NCBI GenBank assembly: GCA_963765205.1
Contig: CAVXVB010000005.1
Location: forward strand, 224,001 to 288,000
Length of the DNA stretch: 64,000 nt
Source: an uncultured Verrucomicrobiae bacterium
Lineage (GTDB): Bacteria > Verrucomicrobiota > Verrucomicrobiia > Opitutales > JABDGR01
Direction of reading: 5' to 3'
A model generated the notes under the pieces. That model was not told where the DNA came from, did no database searches, and saw only the letters and a list, made by a program, of their open reading frames with translations. Both the position numbers and the translations under genes were made by a program. Each line of letters starts with the position of its first letter. Position 1 is the stretch's first letter. Below are positions 28,890 to 38,121 of this stretch, one piece after another.

Positions 28890-29873
28890 TCAGGGAGAAT
28901 TGGTCTGCGTCGTTGCGGCACGGGCTTGCTGGATGATGCCGAGCAGCGTGGCCTGGCGGCCATTGTTGTTGTTCGGGTAGGCCTGCAGCACCGCCGCCTG
29001 CGCCGCGTCCGGATCTTTTTTCGCCCACTGCGTAATGAGTTGGGTGGTGGTCGTGCCCCGCGTGCCGGGATTGGACATCGTTCGCAGCCAGGAGAATGCC
29101 GTCGCGGGATCGCTGTCCGCAGACACGCCTACGACCGCCAGGATCGCGCTGTCTTTCGTGTTGCCCACGGGCAGGGTGCCGATCCATTGGGTCGCGGCGG
29201 CCGGGTCGTGCATCAGCCAGCTTCCGGCGACCAAGGCCGTGGGATTGTCGGCGCTAATTTTCGTTTCGTTGCGGCCCAGGGACGCGAGCAGCGCGGCGGC
29301 TTGGGCGGGGTCCTGAAAACTCAGGGTGGCGGCCACATTGGCCAGTCCCTCCAACGCGAGCGGGCGGGCATTGGAGCCGTCATCGGGCAAGGTCTGCGCG
29401 AGGGCCAAAGCGGCGGCGGGATCCTTCGTGCCGTAAAGCGTGAAGATGAGTTTCACGGCGTCATCATGCGCCACCCCGGCCGACAATCCTTGCGCCCAGG
29501 CCAAAGCACCGGGCGGGTCATCCGCCGCCCACTTTCGGGCAATGTCAATCGCGAGGTGGTCGAAATCCACATTCCCCGTGATGCCTTCCGCATAAGCGGC
29601 CGCGGTGGAGTTGTCCTGGAGCAGGGCCTTCAACTGGTCCGGGCTGAGCTTGGTGGCCGCGCTCATCGGCGCTTGACCGGCGGGAGTGGAGTTGGCCGCC
29701 GATGTGGAAGGCGTCGGGCTGGATTGGATCACGATGGTGACCGGCCGGGCCGCGGTCTTGGCGGCGGGGAGGGGGCTGGCGCTCTTTTCCGGGCGCGGCA
29801 CCAGCATTCCGGCGTAAAACGTGGCGGCCAGGACTACGCCATACACGACCACAGTTTTGATTTTGATTTTCAT
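28890..29873 (-). CDS. Hypothetical exported alpha-helical repeat protein
   Basis: N-terminal TM; recurring W...DP.AA..W helical repeats. Confidence 0.65.
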   Translation of the reverse strand: MKIKIKTVVVYGVVLAATFYAGMLVPRPEKSASPLPAAKTAARPVTIVIQSSPTPSTSAANSTPAGQAPMSAATKLSPDQLKALLQDNSTAAAYAEGITGNVDFDHLAIDIARKWAADDPPGALAWAQGLSAGVAHDDAVKLIFTLYGTKDPAAALALAQTLPDDGSNARPLALEGLANVAATLSFQDPAQAAALLASLGRNETKISADNPTALVAGSWLMHDPAAATQWIGTLPVGNTKDSAILAVVGVSADSDPATAFSWLRTMSNPGTRGTTTTQLITQWAKKDPDAAQAAVLQAYPNNNNGRQATLLGIIQQARAATTQTNSP

Positions 29874-29918
29874 AATCGGAATGGGGTTGATTGATGGAAA
29901 ATTTAACAACAAAGCAGT

Positions 29919-30821
29919 TCAGGCCTTTTTCACTTTCCAGGCGGCGTCCATCATTTCGGGCGTGAAGGGTTCCGGGACGGCTCCTTCGGACGCATAGATA
30001 TAAAGGACACAGCAATAAATATTAGTGGCAACAATCTGCACCCAAATGACCGGCATCGTGCACAGCATGATATCCGGGCCAATTAAGGGATCGTTGAACA
30101 TTTGCGCAGGCGAAAGGAACGGGGACATAGCCGCCGCGACGACAAACATAATGGCGACACCTATGACGATTCCAGTGAATTGGATTTTAATAAAGCCGAT
30201 GATCAATTCACCCAAGGCTTTTTTCAAAATGCGCGCGGAATCGCGAAAGAGTGCCATCGGCTCAGAATTATCTCCCCGGATTAGAATAGGAATAACAAAA
30301 ACGGTGGCAACACCCCAAGCCAGAACAATCGGGAAAGTAACAATGCTACCGTCCCACTTCACGCAATTTTTGAAGATGCGGGGCAAAGTCGGCACCGAGC
30401 TTGCGAACAGGCTCCAAAGGACAATTGGACGGAGCCGCTGCTTGGCAAACTGCAGGCCGCCGCGCAAGGAGGCTATCCCACCATCCAGGGCGTAAAAAAT
30501 TTCATTATAAAACGCCACATTGATAAAAGTCGCAAGGAAAGTGGTTGCCACATTGAATAATACCAGGTAGAGATAATCGGCCAGTGTCATGTTCTGCATC
30601 CAGGTGTTTTGGAGGTCTATAAACTGATCTGCGTCTCGGGTTGTAATCGCGTTAGTTACCTGATGCGCAATTAAAGGCCATGGCACGAAGACCAGTGGGC
30701 TTAAGAAGTAGATGGCCGCATTAACAAAAGGAAAAAGCAACAGCTTGGGATTGCGCTTAATCACCTGCCAGGAACTGCGAAACAGTTGCGAGATGGTGTG
30801 GAGCCGGCTGTGCGTGGTCAT
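29919..30821 (-). CDS. Multi-pass membrane protein (DUF6159-like), paralog 2
   Basis: SWQVIK..PKLLLFP, SLRGGLQFA.QRLR.I.LWSLFASSV; paralog of 30846-31730. Confidence 0.7.
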   Translation of the reverse strand: MTTHSRLHTISQLFRSSWQVIKRNPKLLLFPFVNAAIYFLSPLVFVPWPLIAHQVTNAITTRDADQFIDLQNTWMQNMTLADYLYLVLFNVATTFLATFINVAFYNEIFYALDGGIASLRGGLQFAKQRLRPIVLWSLFASSVPTLPRIFKNCVKWDGSIVTFPIVLAWGVATVFVIPILIRGDNSEPMALFRDSARILKKALGELIIGFIKIQFTGIVIGVAIMFVVAAAMSPFLSPAQMFNDPLIGPDIMLCTMPVIWVQIVATNIYCCVLYIYASEGAVPEPFTPEMMDAAWKVKKA

Positions 30822-30845
30822 GGGATTGTAGATTGACGGGGTGGC

Positions 30846-31730
30846 TCAGGGCTTTTTCACTTTCCACGCGGCGTCCATCAGCTCGGGCGTGAAGGGTTCG
30901 GGGACGACGCCTTCCGTGGCGTAAATATAAAGCGCACAACGGTAAACGCTGTTGGCAATGTATGTAACCGTACCGCAGACAAACGAGATCAGCATCATTT
31001 TAAGGAAAAGAAATTTCGGCGCCTGTCCAGCAGGGGTGTCGTAGGTTAATCCGAGATACAAGGCAAATCCCAACAAGCCAAAGAGCGCATAGAATTGGAT
31101 TTTAGCAAAGCCGATAATTGATTCTCCCCAGGTCTTTTTCAGGGTGAACGCGGAACTGCGCAAGAGGGTGAGCGGGCCGGCTCTTTCATCATGGATTATG
31201 ACTGGAATGACGAAAACCGCCACCACGCTCCATGTCAGGCCCGTCAGAGCGGTGGCGATCCGGCCCGTCCAGCTCATTTTCGAACCCAGAATTCTAAGGA
31301 AAATCCCCACCGAACTGGCGAACAGCGACCAGAGGATGATCGAGCGCAACCGCTGCCGGGCAAACTGCAAACCGCCGCGCAGGGAGACGGGCTCACTCTC
31401 CATGGCGCGGAAAATTTCATGGTAAAACGCCACGTTCACAAAAGTCGAAATGTGCATGGCTAGCATGTAGTAGAGCACCCAATAAAGAAAGTTGGACGGC
31501 TGGAGCGTCACTGTCAGCGCATAAGTCCAAAGATCATCGTGGTGGGCGGTGCGCGCGGCCTGGATCGTCTCAACCATATCATTAAACCGCGGCATATAAA
31601 ACAGCCCGATCACTAACAAGGCGGCACCGCTGATCATGGGGAAGAACAACAGTCTGGGCTGGCGTTTGATGATTTGCCAGGAACTTCGCAGCAATTGGCT
31701 GCCGGTGTCGGATTTGCCGGAGGTGGTCAT
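30846..31730 (-). CDS. Multi-pass membrane protein (DUF6159-like), paralog 1
   Basis: Same motifs plus KKTWGES and LYIYATEG. Confidence 0.7.
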   Translation of the reverse strand: MTTSGKSDTGSQLLRSSWQIIKRQPRLLFFPMISGAALLVIGLFYMPRFNDMVETIQAARTAHHDDLWTYALTVTLQPSNFLYWVLYYMLAMHISTFVNVAFYHEIFRAMESEPVSLRGGLQFARQRLRSIILWSLFASSVGIFLRILGSKMSWTGRIATALTGLTWSVVAVFVIPVIIHDERAGPLTLLRSSAFTLKKTWGESIIGFAKIQFYALFGLLGFALYLGLTYDTPAGQAPKFLFLKMMLISFVCGTVTYIANSVYRCALYIYATEGVVPEPFTPELMDAAWKVKKP

Positions 31731-31734
31731 GGGT

Positions 31735-32118
31735 TTAGGGGTTAAGGTGCTGGATTACGTCCTGAAACGTCAGGCCGTGGCTGCGGGCTTCCGCGGCGAA
31801 GCGCAGGCAGAGTTTCTTCATGATGTTTTGCCGGGCTTTGACCGAGGCGGGGGTGAGCCGGGCCGGCGCGGCGGGCGCGACAAAGCAACCGCTGCCCCGT
31901 TCGGCCGCGATCAGGCCCAGCAGCTCGAGCTCGCGGTAGGCTTTGGCCACCGTGTTGGGGTTCACCTTGAGCTGGCGGTGCAGCGCGCGGATGGTGGGCA
32001 ACTGGTCGCCCTCCCGCAGGCGGCCCGCGGCCACCGCCGCCTGCACATGGTGGATAATCTGCTTGTAGGCCGGAATCCCGCTCCGGGACTCCAGCGACCA
32101 GGTTTCTGCAAGATTCAT
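31735..32118 (-). CDS. GntR-family (YtrA subfamily) transcriptional regulator
   Basis: PAYKQI...LREGDQLPTIRAL...VNPNTVAKAYRELE...RGSGCFV with a short C-terminal domain. Confidence 0.92.
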   Translation of the reverse strand: MNLAETWSLESRSGIPAYKQIIHHVQAAVAAGRLREGDQLPTIRALHRQLKVNPNTVAKAYRELELLGLIAAERGSGCFVAPAAPARLTPASVKARQNIMKKLCLRFAAEARSHGLTFQDVIQHLNP

Positions 32119-32144
32119 AGTGTATTACTAAGGTAGTAAACTAT
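32117..32144. promoter_or_regulatory. Palindromic YtrA-type autoregulatory operator abutting the start codon
   Basis: ATAGTGTATTACTAAGGTAGTAAACTAT, an imperfect 28-bp palindrome. Confidence 0.6.
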
Positions 32145-32224
32145 CACGGTTCTTGAGCAAAGCAAGGGGTATTTTTCTGAAATCTTCGGAAGCTGGATTT
32201 CGTTGCCAAAAGCGAAGTGCGTCA

Positions 32225-32347
32225 GGTTGTGTTTTAACCCAAGACCATTCACCGCAAAGCCGCAAAGAGCGCAAAGGGGAATTTCTGCGCGAGAACCATC
32301 CTTGCATTCTTTGCGCCTTTGCGGTGAAAAAAGTTTCAAAACAGGTT
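32225..32347. repeat. ~125-bp MITE-like element, copy B
   Basis: Co-linear with 8662-8787 (GGTTGTGTTT...ATTCACCGCAAAG.CGC.AAGAGCGCAAAGGGGA...GCGGTGAA...CAAAAC). Confidence 0.75.
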
Positions 32348-32356
32348 CCAGGTTTT

Positions 32357-33151
32357 CTACCCGTTTTTGCGCGACGCTTCCGTACCCAGCGCCACCCGGA
32401 ATTCCCGCGGCAGGGGGCTTTCCGCGGCAAAATTCAGGCTCGGAATGCGCAGGCTGGCCGCGTGCAAAAACAGGCGCTTGTGTCCGGTGCGCCGCCCGAA
32501 TTCCCGGTTGAAGGGAAAATCCCCGTAAGTCGCGTCACCCACAATCGGGTACCCGTGCGCGCCGCATTGCACGCGCAGTTGGTGCGTGCGCCCCGTGACC
32601 GGCTCGAGCCGCAGCAGCGAGAGCAGCGCGCCCGCGTGGCCGTGGCTCTCGACGCACTCGAAGCGCGTCTCGGCCAACTGGCCCGGCCCCGCGCGGCTGA
32701 CCACGACGCGCACGCCTCCGCCCCCGCGCCCGCTGGGCAGGCGCGCCAGGCGGTCCACCCACGTTCCCCGGTTCGGGCGGGGCTGGCCGAGCACCAGCGC
32801 ATAATAAGTTTTTTGCACCTCGCCCTTGGCGAAAGCCCGACGCCCGGCGGCGGCCGTCTCTTCGTCGAGGGCGGCGAGCACCAGGCCCGACGTGGGCGAA
32901 TCGAGCCGGTTGAGCAGAAACAATTCCTTCGGCGCATCCGGCGCGGCCGGCTCCCAATGGTAGCACTCGCGCCCCGGGTCGTAGGCCGCGCGTAGGAGGG
33001 AATAGTTGCGGTCCACCTCCTTGTTCGGGTGGGTCATGATGCCCGCCGGCTTTTCCAGCGCCAGCAGTTTGCCCGCGACGGTGGCGACGCGCGCGGTGTG
33101 CGCCAGCGGCAGCAACCGCCCCCAGTCCAGGCTTTCGACGGCGGCGCTCAT
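32357..33151 (-). CDS. RluA-family pseudouridine synthase
   Basis: EKPAG, NRLDSPTSGL (catalytic Asp), TGRTHQLRVQ, PIVGDATYG, LFLHA. Confidence 0.92.
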   Translation of the reverse strand: MSAAVESLDWGRLLPLAHTARVATVAGKLLALEKPAGIMTHPNKEVDRNYSLLRAAYDPGRECYHWEPAAPDAPKELFLLNRLDSPTSGLVLAALDEETAAAGRRAFAKGEVQKTYYALVLGQPRPNRGTWVDRLARLPSGRGGGGVRVVVSRAGPGQLAETRFECVESHGHAGALLSLLRLEPVTGRTHQLRVQCGAHGYPIVGDATYGDFPFNREFGRRTGHKRLFLHAASLRIPSLNFAAESPLPREFRVALGTEASRKNG

Positions 33152-34323
33152 TGGTAATAAAAAGTAACCTGAATTTCTTGCCGGTCGCCCAGCAGCGCCG
33201 TCATCTCCTTCGTCCAGACGCCATACGGGGTAGGGCGCTGGATGGCGTTGAGGCAGAGCATCGTCGCACCGCGCGTGGCCGAGGAACTTTCCACCTGCGC
33301 GCTTTCAACCTGGCCCTGGCTGTTGATGATAAACGTCACCACCACCGCCACGCCGGAATCCTGCACGCTGAAGGTGTAGTCCTCGCATTCGATGTCCCAC
33401 TCGGAGCCAATGGCCTCATACATCTTTTGCAGGTAGGCGCCGAAAGCCGTGAATTTCGCGTCTGCGCCGAGTGACCCGAGCACATGCGTGCCCTGCGTGT
33501 TCTTGACGATGGGGCCGGCGTGGGTTTGCACCTCCAACGTCGGGCGTGGTTGCGGCGTGGCGGCGGCGGCGCTGGCGGCGACCGCTTCCGGCGTCAGAGG
33601 GCCGGGCGGAAATTTGTAATTATCCGGCACGGTTTCGGTGGTGGGCGGAGTTTGTTCCGCCGGTTTCTGCGCGGTGGTGTTGCCGGGCTGGTTTGAAACG
33701 CGCACGCCTTCGCCCTCGGGCGAAGTTATATTCGCCGGCAAAGAGGGAGTCATCATCGCGATTTGTTCCGGCGGGGGCGCGGTGGGCGGCGGCGCGGCGG
33801 AGGCAGATTTCGTGGGCGGGGCCGTGGCGCTCGGCGGCGCAGGCGGCGCGGGCTTGTGCAAATCGCCTGCCACGATCTTGGAGGAATTCACAGAAGTGCC
33901 GGTCGTGGCCGGCAAATCCGAATGACCGTCCGGGTTGGGGACGGGCTGGGCCACGCGCTGGTCGCGGTTGGAAATATTGTTGGTGGCGACGGGGGTGGAT
34001 GAGGGTGCGGCGGGGTTCGTTTCGAGGTAGCGAATCGCCTGCTGGTCCTCGGGCGTCGCCGGCGTCAGCGCATACTCGACCGGGCGGGGTGGGGGAGTGA
34101 GACTCGCGGCGCGGACGCTTACCGGCGTCATTTTCACCACATTGCCCAGCCACGGCAGCACCCAGAAAAACAGCCCGCCGTGCAACAAGAGCGTCAGCAA
34201 CACGGCGGAGCCAATCGCGAGGCGCTCCTCCGGGCGCGTCTGCGACAGGCGGTCAAAATCCTCCCACGCCCGCAGGTCGGGCGGGGCGGGCGGGCGGGCG
34301 GGTTGTTCAGTGGGCGCGGGCAT
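33148..34323 (-). CDS. TonB/TolA-like membrane-anchored protein
   Basis: TM helix with His, Pro-rich spacer, TonB_C-like C-terminus (VVVTFIINSQG.V). Confidence 0.65.
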   Translation of the reverse strand: MPAPTEQPARPPAPPDLRAWEDFDRLSQTRPEERLAIGSAVLLTLLLHGGLFFWVLPWLGNVVKMTPVSVRAASLTPPPRPVEYALTPATPEDQQAIRYLETNPAAPSSTPVATNNISNRDQRVAQPVPNPDGHSDLPATTGTSVNSSKIVAGDLHKPAPPAPPSATAPPTKSASAAPPPTAPPPEQIAMMTPSLPANITSPEGEGVRVSNQPGNTTAQKPAEQTPPTTETVPDNYKFPPGPLTPEAVAASAAAATPQPRPTLEVQTHAGPIVKNTQGTHVLGSLGADAKFTAFGAYLQKMYEAIGSEWDIECEDYTFSVQDSGVAVVVTFIINSQGQVESAQVESSSATRGATMLCLNAIQRPTPYGVWTKEMTALLGDRQEIQVTFYYQ

Positions 34324-34942
34324 GGAATCGCGGGTCGGCGATTATGGGCGCGGCGGGCGACGGAAGCAAGGCCAGCCCGTGCAGTTGCGCGGCCAGCCAT
34401 TCGAGCGGCAGGCCCATGATATTGGACAGCGAGCCCGTGTAATGTTCCAGAATCAACTCGCGCCCCTCCTGGATGCCGTAGGCCCCGGCCTTGTCCAGCG
34501 GGTTGACCAGCGCGAAGTAGCGCATGATCGCCGCGTCGTCCAGCGCCCGGAAAGTCACCGCGCTCGTCTCACAATGGGAAATTTCCGGGGCGCCGGGCCG
34601 CCGCCATAAACATACCCCCGTATAAACCGTATGCGTGCGCCCGGAAAGTTTCCGCAACATCGCCCGCGCCTCGGCCATGTCGCGCGGCTTGTTCAAGACA
34701 TGGTCGTCGAGCGCCACCGTCGTGTCCGCCGCCAGCACCAGCGCCCCCGGCCGCTGCGCGCACACCCACGCCGCCTTGAGCGCCGCGTTGTGCAACACCA
34801 TCCCCCGCGGCTCCGCCGTCGCCTCCTCGTGCTCGACAATCGGCGCGACCACTACCTCGAACTCCACGCCCAACCGCGCGAGGAGTTCCCGCCGCCGCGG
34901 CGACGCGGAGGCGAGGATGAAGGTTGTTGATATTTCGAGCAT
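34307..34942 (-). CDS. maf: Maf-family nucleoside triphosphate pyrophosphatase
   Basis: ILASASPRRRELL, LAADTTV, KP, LSGRTH, DKAGAYGIQ, NIMGLP. Confidence 0.95.
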   Translation of the reverse strand: MLEISTTFILASASPRRRELLARLGVEFEVVVAPIVEHEEATAEPRGMVLHNAALKAAWVCAQRPGALVLAADTTVALDDHVLNKPRDMAEARAMLRKLSGRTHTVYTGVCLWRRPGAPEISHCETSAVTFRALDDAAIMRYFALVNPLDKAGAYGIQEGRELILEHYTGSLSNIMGLPLEWLAAQLHGLALLPSPAAPIIADPRFHARAH

Positions 34943-35019
34943 GATGATGCCGGCTTTCAGCGCCTAACTGTGACAATATGCTCGTCAAGCTAAAGGGAAA
35001 CAATCAACTTCAATATCTT

Positions 35020-35526
35020 ATGGCAGTTCTATTAGTCTTGGCCATTCTTTTGCCTCTTGGAGTGTTTGCCTTGGCATTAGTGGCCAAGTCTTTCAGCTTA
35101 TTTTTTGCCCGTCGCTGGATTGATGGATGTTATTTCTTATTGGCGGTAGCGGCATTTGCCACTTCCATACACTTTTTTCGTTTCTATAAAAATGAAACAC
35201 CAAACGATAATAGTGCCTTGTTGCTCCGCCTCGGCCTATGTCTCATGGCAATAATGCTCGGCCTTCTCGCAACACGGCATTTTCGTTGGACGATTTTGGT
35301 TCTTAGTGCGTTAGTTGTACTGGTTGCTTTCTGGGCTGGGGACAATGGCGATAACGTTACAAGTTCAATCGTCTTCTTCGCCATAGTTTGTGCATGCTCC
35401 TTGGCATTATTTATTTTTCAATTAAAACGTGAATCTCTCTATTTGGCCGGTCTTGGACTGGTGGGTGTTTTACCCTTGGTTTGGGCAGAGCTTGTCATGT
35501 GGTGCTTTGATGCAATTTTTCGTTGA
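35020..35526 (+). CDS. Low-GC hypothetical membrane protein
   Basis: Very hydrophobic ORF in an AT-rich segment; alternative start at 34978. Confidence 0.5.
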   Translation: MAVLLVLAILLPLGVFALALVAKSFSLFFARRWIDGCYFLLAVAAFATSIHFFRFYKNETPNDNSALLLRLGLCLMAIMLGLLATRHFRWTILVLSALVVLVAFWAGDNGDNVTSSIVFFAIVCACSLALFIFQLKRESLYLAGLGLVGVLPLVWAELVMWCFDAIFR

Positions 35527-35561
35527 TTTTCGCCCCACACTAATTGCCCGGCAATTCTCTC

Positions 35562-35590
35562 TTGAGACAGTCCCCATATTCCGCTAATCT
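35562..35590 (+). promoter_or_regulatory. Sigma70-type promoter of the TA operon (probably leaderless)
   Basis: TTGAGA-17 nt-TAATCT, 7 nt before ATG 35598. Confidence 0.5.
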
Positions 35591-35597
35591 TTCACTT

Positions 35598-35825
35598 ATG
35601 AGCACGGTTGACGAGATTACGAGCGCCATCCAGCGGTTGCCGCGCACGGACTTCTTCCGCCTGGCGGAATGGGTGCAGCACCGTTTTGACGACGAGTGGG
35701 ACCGGCAGATTGAGGACGATGCCCGCGCCGGGCGGCTGGACCACCTCGCCGAGGAAGCCCTGGCCGAACATCGCGCCAGGCGCACCACCCCTTTCCCGCC
35801 CGATGAACAGCCGCGCCACCGGTAA
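35598..35825 (+). CDS. Putative antitoxin
   Basis: MSTVDEITSAIQRL...WDRQIEDDARAGRLDHLAEEA; overlaps the downstream RelE/ParE-like ORF. Confidence 0.7.
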   Translation: MSTVDEITSAIQRLPRTDFFRLAEWVQHRFDDEWDRQIEDDARAGRLDHLAEEALAEHRARRTTPFPPDEQPRHR

Positions 35826-36063
35826 ATTCTGGCAGATGTATAATGCTTTGCCGGCCGAAATTCAAAAACTGGCCGTCAAACAATATGCGCTCTGGCTGCG
35901 GGATCATTCCCATCCCTCCGTCCAATTCAAAAAAGTCGGACGGTTTTGATCGGCGCGGGTCACCGACAATTATCGGGTGGTGGGTGTCATGGACGGCGAT
36001 ACCGTGATTTGGTTTTGGATTGGCGTCCACGATGAATACAACAAGGTTCTTGGACGAAAATAA
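35803..36063 (+). pseudogene. RelE/ParE-like toxin interrupted by an in-frame TGA
   Basis: MNSRATGKFW...HPSVQFKKVGRF*SARV..NYR...WFWIGVHDEY; TGA at 35947-35949. Confidence 0.7.
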
Positions 36064-36102
36064 TGCCCTCCCCCCTTTCCGATGCCTTGTTTGAGCACGC
36101 CC
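36063..36102 (+). repeat. Relic duplicate of the hemL 5' end
   Basis: 34/40 nt identical to 36825-36864; [13 protein letters not shown] vs [13 protein letters not shown]. Confidence 0.75.
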
Positions 36103-36136
36103 AAGTCAGCTTCCCCATCCAACTTCAATTTCCGCC

Positions 36137-36615
36137 GTGAAGCCGCTGCTCTACCTGGAAACCACCATCGTCAGTTATCTGACGGCGCGGCCGACGCGTG
36201 ACTTAGTCATGGCGGCGCGGCAGCAAGTCACCATTGAATGGTGGAATCGCCGGCGCGGGGATTTCCAAGTGGTGGTTTCGCCGCTCGTGCTGGCCGAAGC
36301 CAACCGGGGTGATGCCGCCGCCGCGGCACGGCGGCTCGCCGCCATTCGGGGCTTGCCCTTGGTGGCCATCAATGATGAAATGTTTCCCATCGCAGATGCA
36401 CTGCTCAAAGCCAAATTGATTCCGCTCAATGCCGAAGACGACGCCCGCATATCGGCATCGCATCCTTTCATTCCGCCCATTTTCTGCTCACTTGGAATTT
36501 TCGCCATATTGCCAACGCTGAAAACATCGCCGATATTCAAACTCTAATCCGTAGTTTCGGCCATCATTGTCCAGTTATCTGCACCCCCGAAGAACTTTTA
36601 GGAGACCTGCCATGA
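36137..36615 (+). CDS. PIN-domain (VapC-like) protein (frameshift at ~36445)
   Basis: LYLETTIVSYL, S..VL.E, EDDA, then in a shifted frame HIGIA...LLTWNFRHIAN...PVICTPEEL. Confidence 0.8.
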
Positions 36616-36773
36616 AAGACGCCATTATCACCGAGATGCATCAAATCAAGGATGCGATTGCGGCCGAGCATAATAATGACGTGCGGGCCATTGCTGCTTA
36701 CGCTCAGCGCAAATTTCCGCCAAACGGGCGGCGGGTGATCCGCCCTCCGGCGAAGAAAAAGATTCGCGCCTGA
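36612..36773 (+). CDS. Small protein coupled to the PIN gene, putative antitoxin
   Basis: MKDAIITEMHQIKDAIAAEHNND; ATGA overlap with the PIN stop. Confidence 0.6.
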   Translation: MKDAIITEMHQIKDAIAAEHNNDVRAIAAYAQRKFPPNGRRVIRPPAKKKIRA

Positions 36774-36824
36774 TTCCGGGGTTGCGCCGGGGCGGGCGGA
36801 TGGGTTGCATCAGGGGTGGTTCCC

Positions 36825-38108
36825 ATGCCCCCCCCTCTCTCCGATGCCTTGTTCGAACGCGCCCGGCGGCTGCTGCCGGGCGGGGTCAATTCGCCCGTGC
36901 GCGCGTTTCGCGGGGTCGGCGGCACGCCGTTCTTCACCGTGCGCGCGCGCGGCTGCCGCCTCTACACCGCCGACGACCGCGAGTTGATTGACTACGTCTG
37001 CACCTGGGGGCCGGCGCTGTTCGGCCACAATCATCCGCGCATTCGCGCCGCCGTCGCCGCCGCGCTCGAAAAAGGCCTGGGCTTCGGCACGCCCCACCCC
37101 GCCGAAGTGCCGATGGCCGAGACGCTCGCCGAGCTGGTGCCGTCGCTCGAGATGCTCCGCCTGTGCAACAGCGGCACCGAGGCCACGATGTCGTGCGTGC
37201 GCCTGGCGCGCGGGTTCGCGGGGCGCGACAAGATCATCAAGTTCGCCGGCTGCTACCACGGGCATGTGGACGCGCTGCTGGTCAAGGCCGGCTCGGGCGC
37301 GCTCACCCATGGTTACCCCGACAGCGCGGGCATCCCCGCCGCCACGGCCGCCGACACGATTGTCCTGCCCTTCAACGACCTCGCCGCAGTGGACGCCGCG
37401 TTCGCGAAATTTCCCGGCGAGATCGCGGGCGTCATCCTCGAACCCTATCCCGCGAATGTCGGGCTGATTTTGCCCGACGCGGGCTACCTCGCCGCGCTGC
37501 GCGAGTGTTGCACGCGCGCCGGCGCGCTGCTGATTTTCGACGAGGTGATGACCGGTTTCCGCCTCGCCGCCGGCGGTGTGCAGGAAATAACCGGCGTGCG
37601 GCCGGACCTGACCGCGCTCGGCAAAATCATCGGCGGCGGCCTGCCCGTCGGCGCCTTTGGCGGGCGGCGCGACGTGATGGAAAAGCTCGCGCCCCTCGGC
37701 CCGGTTTACCAGGCCGGCACGCTCAGCGGCAACCCGCTCGCCGTCGCCGCCGGGCTGGCCGCGCTAACACTTATAAAGGAGGCGCCGCCCTACGCCGCGC
37801 TCGAAGCGGCGGGGCAACGGCTGGCCGCCGCACTGCGCGAAGCCGCCGCGCGCAAGGGCCTGCCCCTGCAAGTCCCGCAAACCGGCTCGATGTTCGCGCT
37901 GTTCTTCACCGACGCGCCCGTGCGTGATTACGCCGGCGCGCTGGCCGCCGACCCCGCGCCGTTCCGCAAAGTTTTCCACGCGGCGCTCGACCATGGCGTC
38001 TATCTGCCGCCCTCGCCGTATGAGACCTGTTTTATCAGCACGGCCCACGACGCGCCCGCGCTCGACCAGACAATTGAAGTGCTGACGGCGGCCATCGCCG
38101 GGCTATAA
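36825..38108 (+). CDS. hemL: Glutamate-1-semialdehyde 2,1-aminomutase
   Basis: [57 protein letters not shown]. Confidence 0.97.
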   Translation: MPPPLSDALFERARRLLPGGVNSPVRAFRGVGGTPFFTVRARGCRLYTADDRELIDYVCTWGPALFGHNHPRIRAAVAAALEKGLGFGTPHPAEVPMAETLAELVPSLEMLRLCNSGTEATMSCVRLARGFAGRDKIIKFAGCYHGHVDALLVKAGSGALTHGYPDSAGIPAATAADTIVLPFNDLAAVDAAFAKFPGEIAGVILEPYPANVGLILPDAGYLAALRECCTRAGALLIFDEVMTGFRLAAGGVQEITGVRPDLTALGKIIGGGLPVGAFGGRRDVMEKLAPLGPVYQAGTLSGNPLAVAAGLAALTLIKEAPPYAALEAAGQRLAAALREAAARKGLPLQVPQTGSMFALFFTDAPVRDYAGALAADPAPFRKVFHAALDHGVYLPPSPYETCFISTAHDAPALDQTIEVLTAAIAGL

Positions 38109-38121
38109 TGGCGGCTCAAAT

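Noticed and set aside
28775..32350. Integrative element at tRNA-Leu
   Set aside because: I found no integrase and no duplicated tRNA 3' end by eye.
35947..35949. TGA recoding (Trp, Gly or Sec)
   Set aside because: TGA terminates well-conserved genes here (e.g. folD and the dehydratase), and the position is not a Cys-equivalent site.
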